A stretch of DNA of 64,000 nt from Promethearchaeota archaeon (GTDB lineage Archaea; Asgardarchaeota; Lokiarchaeia; Sigyniarchaeales; SOKP01): assembly GCA_030599585.1 (NCBI GenBank), contig JAUVNS010000001.1:224001-288000 (forward strand). The letters are read 5' to 3'. Under the pieces are notes generated by a model, which did no database searches, had not been told where the DNA came from, and worked only from the letters and a program-made list of their open reading frames with translations. A program made the translations under genes and the position numbers. The number at the start of each line of letters is the position of its first letter. The stretch's first letter is position 1. This document shows positions 59,838 through 64,000 of the stretch, piece by piece.

Positions 59838-61007
59838 GTGAAGAGGAGACTAATGGACACAGGAGACGATTTTATTACTTCAGAATTTTTACATTTGCTG
59901 TTTTTTGAGCAAAAGAATTTAGTAATATTTCCTTACGTCGATTTGAAACACCTTAGGTCTGTGGATTTGTTTATCGTAGGCTTCGAGACAGTAGACATCG
60001 ATTCCACCGTAATCCACAACCTAAATGAGATAATAGAATACGAGTGTAACAATTCCTATTCTCAACTACAAACTCTTTACTTCATACTCAACCCTTCGTT
60101 CGAAGAACTGGAGATATTAGTGGATTCCCCTAGGTTAAGATGCGTCATCAACTCAAAGGAGAACGTAGAAAACTTAGCAAACGGCGATCAGTTCGTCTTT
60201 TACAACAAAAAAAACAATACTTTCTTAAACTACGAGTTTGAAGGTAGAGATTTATCTTTTGAAGAAGAGATACTACGAAGTTCTCCTACCACACAAGCAA
60301 TCGTGGACGAGCTTCTTAAAATCAAAAGTGTTTCTTCTAAAATTTTTTCCGAGTTAAATCAAAACAATAGTTCCGATAACCTTTCCGAAATTCTTGACGA
60401 ATACGACCAGAAATATTGGAATAAAATTCTACGGTTTACTGGGTTGTATTACCAAATAGAAATCCCGGAGTTTGATCGCCCTGTCCAGTTACCTAAGAAG
60501 AAAAGTTCAAGTAAAGAGATCGACTACTCTGCAGAGTACGAAGTGATTATTAAGACCAACCGAAAAATAGGAAGGTCGTTTATTCACTTAATCCACGATT
60601 ATCGCTACGACAGGGTCAATCCGGCAAATTTAGAAGTATTACAACTTTTTTACCCCCAGAAACTTTACAATTACCTTAGGAATCACCATTGGAAAAACGG
60701 AATGCCGATAGAGTTCGCGATTACATGGCTTAAAAACATCCAAAAAGATTTTTCGGACCCCGAAGAGGCATTAACGGAGTTCCAGGTAATACTAAATAAG
60801 TTGCATTTGTCTTATTCTGTTAATAATATCGATTTAGAGTGCAAATCCGAACCAGAAAAAAAAGAAGCTATTCGAAGCAAAATACCAGAAACTATACCGA
60901 ATGTAAAACAACCGAGAAATACAAAGGCGATTCCTTCAACTAATAATTTTCCTGAGTTCAAAAAGTGGTTATTAAACAAATTAAGCGAACTAGAAAAAAT
61001 CGTGTAA
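59838..61007 (+). CDS. Hypothetical protein, third gene of the MglAB unit
   Basis: 389-aa ORF 31 nt downstream of the GTPase. Confidence 0.7.
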   Translation: MKRRLMDTGDDFITSEFLHLLFFEQKNLVIFPYVDLKHLRSVDLFIVGFETVDIDSTVIHNLNEIIEYECNNSYSQLQTLYFILNPSFEELEILVDSPRLRCVINSKENVENLANGDQFVFYNKKNNTFLNYEFEGRDLSFEEEILRSSPTTQAIVDELLKIKSVSSKIFSELNQNNSSDNLSEILDEYDQKYWNKILRFTGLYYQIEIPEFDRPVQLPKKKSSSKEIDYSAEYEVIIKTNRKIGRSFIHLIHDYRYDRVNPANLEVLQLFYPQKLYNYLRNHHWKNGMPIEFAITWLKNIQKDFSDPEEALTEFQVILNKLHLSYSVNNIDLECKSEPEKKEAIRSKIPETIPNVKQPRNTKAIPSTNNFPEFKKWLLNKLSELEKIV

Positions 61008-61139
61008 GAATGTTTTAAAATGCTCTCAGATCGAGCGCTGATTATACTTATGTTTTAGAGACTTATGTTTAAGGATGAATGTTTTTTTCATCTCCAAAAA
61101 TGTCATATTTTTTAACGAAGATATCTTACAATTAAAATT

Positions 61140-62441
61140 ATGGAGTATAGTGGTAAAAATGAAAAGGATTTTGATTCTCCTACTTTGATTAACTACTTAA
61201 GACAAGACATCCCCATAGAGGAAATTAGAGATTATTCCTCATCGGGAAGAATAGCGAGTATTGATTTTATAAAAGGTTTTGCAATAATCTTCATAATGTT
61301 AGCCCATTATGCTGCCGTTTGGTTGGATCAAGATTGGTATTTTGTGTACGGATTAGCCTTTATGTTTCTAGATATTTTAGGTCCATCGCTCTTTATTTTT
61401 CTCTCTGCTTTAAGTGTAGTTTTTACTGTGAAAAGAAAAGCAGGAAGAATGCCTGAAAAACTTATTAGAAATCGAGTTTTCTCACGAGGGCTGATAATTA
61501 TGGTGATTGGAGTGTTTATAAATTTGACAGTAACCAATTATCCCTTCCCGTTAAATCTATGGGGTTGGAATATTTTATTTTTCATGGGATTTTCCCAAAT
61601 TTTTTCGTATTACGCATTAAAAATAACAAAAATGCCTCGTGCTATTATTGGAATATTTATCATTTTTTTAACTCCCACTATTAGAGCGTTTCTCTATACT
61701 GGAAAGGATACAAACTTAATTATAACTTTTTTTCACTTCATTATAACTTCAGCAAACCCATCCGTCACGCTTTTGCCTTGGCTTTCGATTTGTTTTATTT
61801 CTACGATTTTTGGAGAATATCTTTATGAGGCGATGGAGCAAAAATCAGAAAAAACCTACAGCGGATTATTTCGGATCTTTATTTCATGGGGCATTTTCCT
61901 TATTCTAGCGGGAGTTATTATGGGATACACTCTTCAAACGGTAGATTCCATGAACATATTAGAATATGGCCATTTATCTCTTTTGGAAATAGCCAACAGT
62001 CAGAACTTTTTTTACTTACCTGGTATGCCTGATTTTTTAATTAGAGGAACTGCTTCCAATATGCTTTATGATTTAGGTGCTGCTCTCACAATTATTGCTG
62101 TTGCTTTTTATTTCATTGATTTAAAAGGGAAATCGAATGATATCGTAAAGATGTTTAATTACTATGGGAAAATTTCCTTAAGCCTTTTTATGATCCATTT
62201 TATCTTCATGCCCTTATACGTTAAACAATTGAACATATATCTCTTCGTTGTGATCTTTATGGCGAATGTTGGATTATTAGGATTTTTGATGTATATATGG
62301 AATGAATATGGAAAAGGAATTGGATCGCCAGAATGGCTAATGGTACAGATTGGAAGGATTGGACAAAAAACCGGCGAAAATATTAAAAAAACTTCGAAGG
62401 TTGCAGTTGGAAAAACTAAACAAGCAATTAAAAAAATTTAA
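61140..62441 (+). CDS. HGSNAT/DUF1624-like membrane acyltransferase
   Basis: RIASIDFIKGFAIIFIMLAH, WNIL, LLPWL, GKISL..F..H. Confidence 0.8.
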   Translation: MEYSGKNEKDFDSPTLINYLRQDIPIEEIRDYSSSGRIASIDFIKGFAIIFIMLAHYAAVWLDQDWYFVYGLAFMFLDILGPSLFIFLSALSVVFTVKRKAGRMPEKLIRNRVFSRGLIIMVIGVFINLTVTNYPFPLNLWGWNILFFMGFSQIFSYYALKITKMPRAIIGIFIIFLTPTIRAFLYTGKDTNLIITFFHFIITSANPSVTLLPWLSICFISTIFGEYLYEAMEQKSEKTYSGLFRIFISWGIFLILAGVIMGYTLQTVDSMNILEYGHLSLLEIANSQNFFYLPGMPDFLIRGTASNMLYDLGAALTIIAVAFYFIDLKGKSNDIVKMFNYYGKISLSLFMIHFIFMPLYVKQLNIYLFVVIFMANVGLLGFLMYIWNEYGKGIGSPEWLMVQIGRIGQKTGENIKKTSKVAVGKTKQAIKKI

Positions 62442-62465
62442 AAAATAAAACTAAAAAAAAGAATT

Positions 62466-63563
62466 TTAGGTTGATTTAATTTCAAGTTTCTTGGCAAGTA
62501 TTTTAGCAAAAAGTTCTTCGTCAGTATCGGGAGGAATTTCAACTTTGTCCTTTTTAATTAATTGAATCGCTTCTTCGGGACATCTGGGAACGCAGTTTCC
62601 GCAACCAATGCATCTTCTTTTATTAACCTTGGAAATTTCATTTTTCATTTTAATCGCATCAATCTGACAAACATCTATGCACGTTCCACATCCCACACAC
62701 ATATCTGCATCAATTTGAGCAAAATAATTAGTTGTAAAAAAATCCACGGTTTTTGGAAATTCTTTTAAAGTTGTTATAATTCCACAGCAACATCCACAGC
62801 AGCTACATATGAATTTTGAATCCTTAGCGTTTTCTGCTTGGAAAACTAGGCCCTCTTCCTGATTCATCCGTAACATTTCAAGGGCTTCTTCGCGAGTTAC
62901 CTCCCTCCCCCACCCTTCATTAAGATACATACCAGCCATCTCTCCCATTCCAAAGCAAGTTTCATAACGTGAAGTAACCTTACAAGTTTCACCTCCCATT
63001 TTATGAGCTTTCCGGCAGATACATTCTATCGCCACATAAGGACCAGGATTATTGCTTACGAGCTTTTCAAGTTCTTCATATGATGGTAAGCTGTGTTCTG
63101 TTGTTACACTTTTTTCTACTGGAACCGTCCTAAATTGTGATATTTTCGTTCCAAATAGCTCCATACCAAATTCATTTCCCGCATATTCGCTAATATCCTC
63201 TAAGAATTCTGGAGTAAGTCTATTAATTTGATACTCGTACATTCCAATAACAAGATAGGCGTTTGCATAGTGTTTTTCCCCATCTACAATTTTATAATGG
63301 ATTGCCCCCTTGCTTGACATTATATCTAACTTTTCTCTCAATTCGGAAATATTCATGTCCAATTTAAATCTCTCATGAATCTTTTCTAAAGGCTCATATT
63401 TATCCGTTAACTTTGTAGCGATAACTGCTTCTTCGGGCTCAAATAAATGTTTCAATATTCTAATGCCTGCTCCGGTTTTAGAAACTGGAAATCCAATAGG
63501 ATATTTATCTAGATGCTCGCGTAAATTTTCATAAACACTTTCTAAATCTAATTTAGATTGCAT
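62466..63563 (-). CDS. 4Fe-4S dicluster protein
   Basis: CICR, ICSCCGCCC, two CxxCxxCxxxC. Confidence 0.88.
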   Translation of the reverse strand: MQSKLDLESVYENLREHLDKYPIGFPVSKTGAGIRILKHLFEPEEAVIATKLTDKYEPLEKIHERFKLDMNISELREKLDIMSSKGAIHYKIVDGEKHYANAYLVIGMYEYQINRLTPEFLEDISEYAGNEFGMELFGTKISQFRTVPVEKSVTTEHSLPSYEELEKLVSNNPGPYVAIECICRKAHKMGGETCKVTSRYETCFGMGEMAGMYLNEGWGREVTREEALEMLRMNQEEGLVFQAENAKDSKFICSCCGCCCGIITTLKEFPKTVDFFTTNYFAQIDADMCVGCGTCIDVCQIDAIKMKNEISKVNKRRCIGCGNCVPRCPEEAIQLIKKDKVEIPPDTDEELFAKILAKKLEIKST

Positions 63564-63789
63564 AATAATTCACTCTATTATTAAAAATGGATTAACGAAG
63601 ATTAAGTAAGAAAGAGATGTTTTTAACATTTTTGTAACAAAAAAAAATTTGCTTTTATTCGATGATAAAAATTAGTAAATACACTCTGAAATCTCGAAAT
63701 ATGATATTTTCTATTTTTTTAAAATTTTCATTTATATAGATTCGTTTACTAGTTGGAAGTATCAAAACTACATAGTTACAACGAAAAAA

Positions 63790-64000
63790 ATGATTACGCA
63801 AGAAACAATATCTTATCCAATTATTCCATATAAGAGGTTAAGTCCGAAATCAGTAGATGAGTTCTTAGACATTTTTGAAGATGTGTTAGATCTTAATCTG
63901 GAGAAAGGGATGGAGTTAGATTTTACTATCGATAGCAAGTTGGGTTCGGACAAAATTAGCCCTACCCTATTTTTAGCGAAGCCTAAGGACGCTGTTGAGA
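63790..64000 (+). CDS. Partial ORF running off the window
   Basis: MITQETISYPIIPYKRLSPK... open to the end; variant element TTTTCATTTATATAG at 63725-63739. Confidence 0.55.
   Translation, partial: MITQETISYPIIPYKRLSPKSVDEFLDIFEDVLDLNLEKGMELDFTIDSKLGSDKISPTLFLAKPKDAVE

Noticed and set aside
797-62768. Many short ORFs antisense to or nested in long genes (e.g. 797, 1142, 5615, 12735, 17022, 22980, 39730, 45151, 54451, 59321, 62562)
   Set aside because: They are shadow frames of well-supported genes with no motifs of their own
1-64000. rRNA, tRNA, CRISPR array, integrase/transposase or att-bounded element
   Set aside because: No spaced direct repeats, GC-rich structured RNA stretches or recombinase/transposase ORFs seen by eye; the VirB4-like gene has no relaxase or integrase nearby and is interleaved with core genes, so I do not call an ICE or provirus

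Overview
AT-rich archaeal chromosomal window, most likely an Asgard archaeon of the Lokiarchaeia type (inferred from Alba, a TFB paralog, RadA, RPA, FEN1, a longin-like protein and a roadblock/MglA GTPase pair). I found no rRNA, tRNA, CRISPR array, integrase or transposase. Ordinary metabolic genes (GPH transporter, gpmA, acyl-CoA dehydrogenase, cysteine synthase, radical SAM, aminopeptidase, Fe-S proteins) are interleaved with a second gene set. That set comprises divergent DNA-processing paralogs (CoiA-like nuclease, Hel308 with a SWIM insert, Hef lacking an intact nuclease, RadA with an extra HhH, RadB-like, FEN1, RPA, stand-alone topoisomerase Zn ribbon), a membrane VirB4/HerA-like pseudo-ATPase operon, a membrane-tethered HhH protein, two VirB2/CedA-pilin-like proteins, surface proteins, an M50-like protease and MglA/MglB. 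Almost every transcription unit of this second set carries the same upstream element, TTTTT-C(C/T)-TT(T)-A(T/A)A: a TATA box with a pyrimidine-rich instead of purine-rich BRE position (about 19 copies, many in divergent intergenic regions). A TFB paralog with a rewritten BRE-recognition helix lies in the middle. Main hypothesis (inference): an alternative-TFB-driven DNA uptake/exchange and recombination regulon in Asgard archaea. Two genes are interrupted, an alpha/beta hydrolase by a frameshift and an MDR oxidoreductase by an in-frame TAA.
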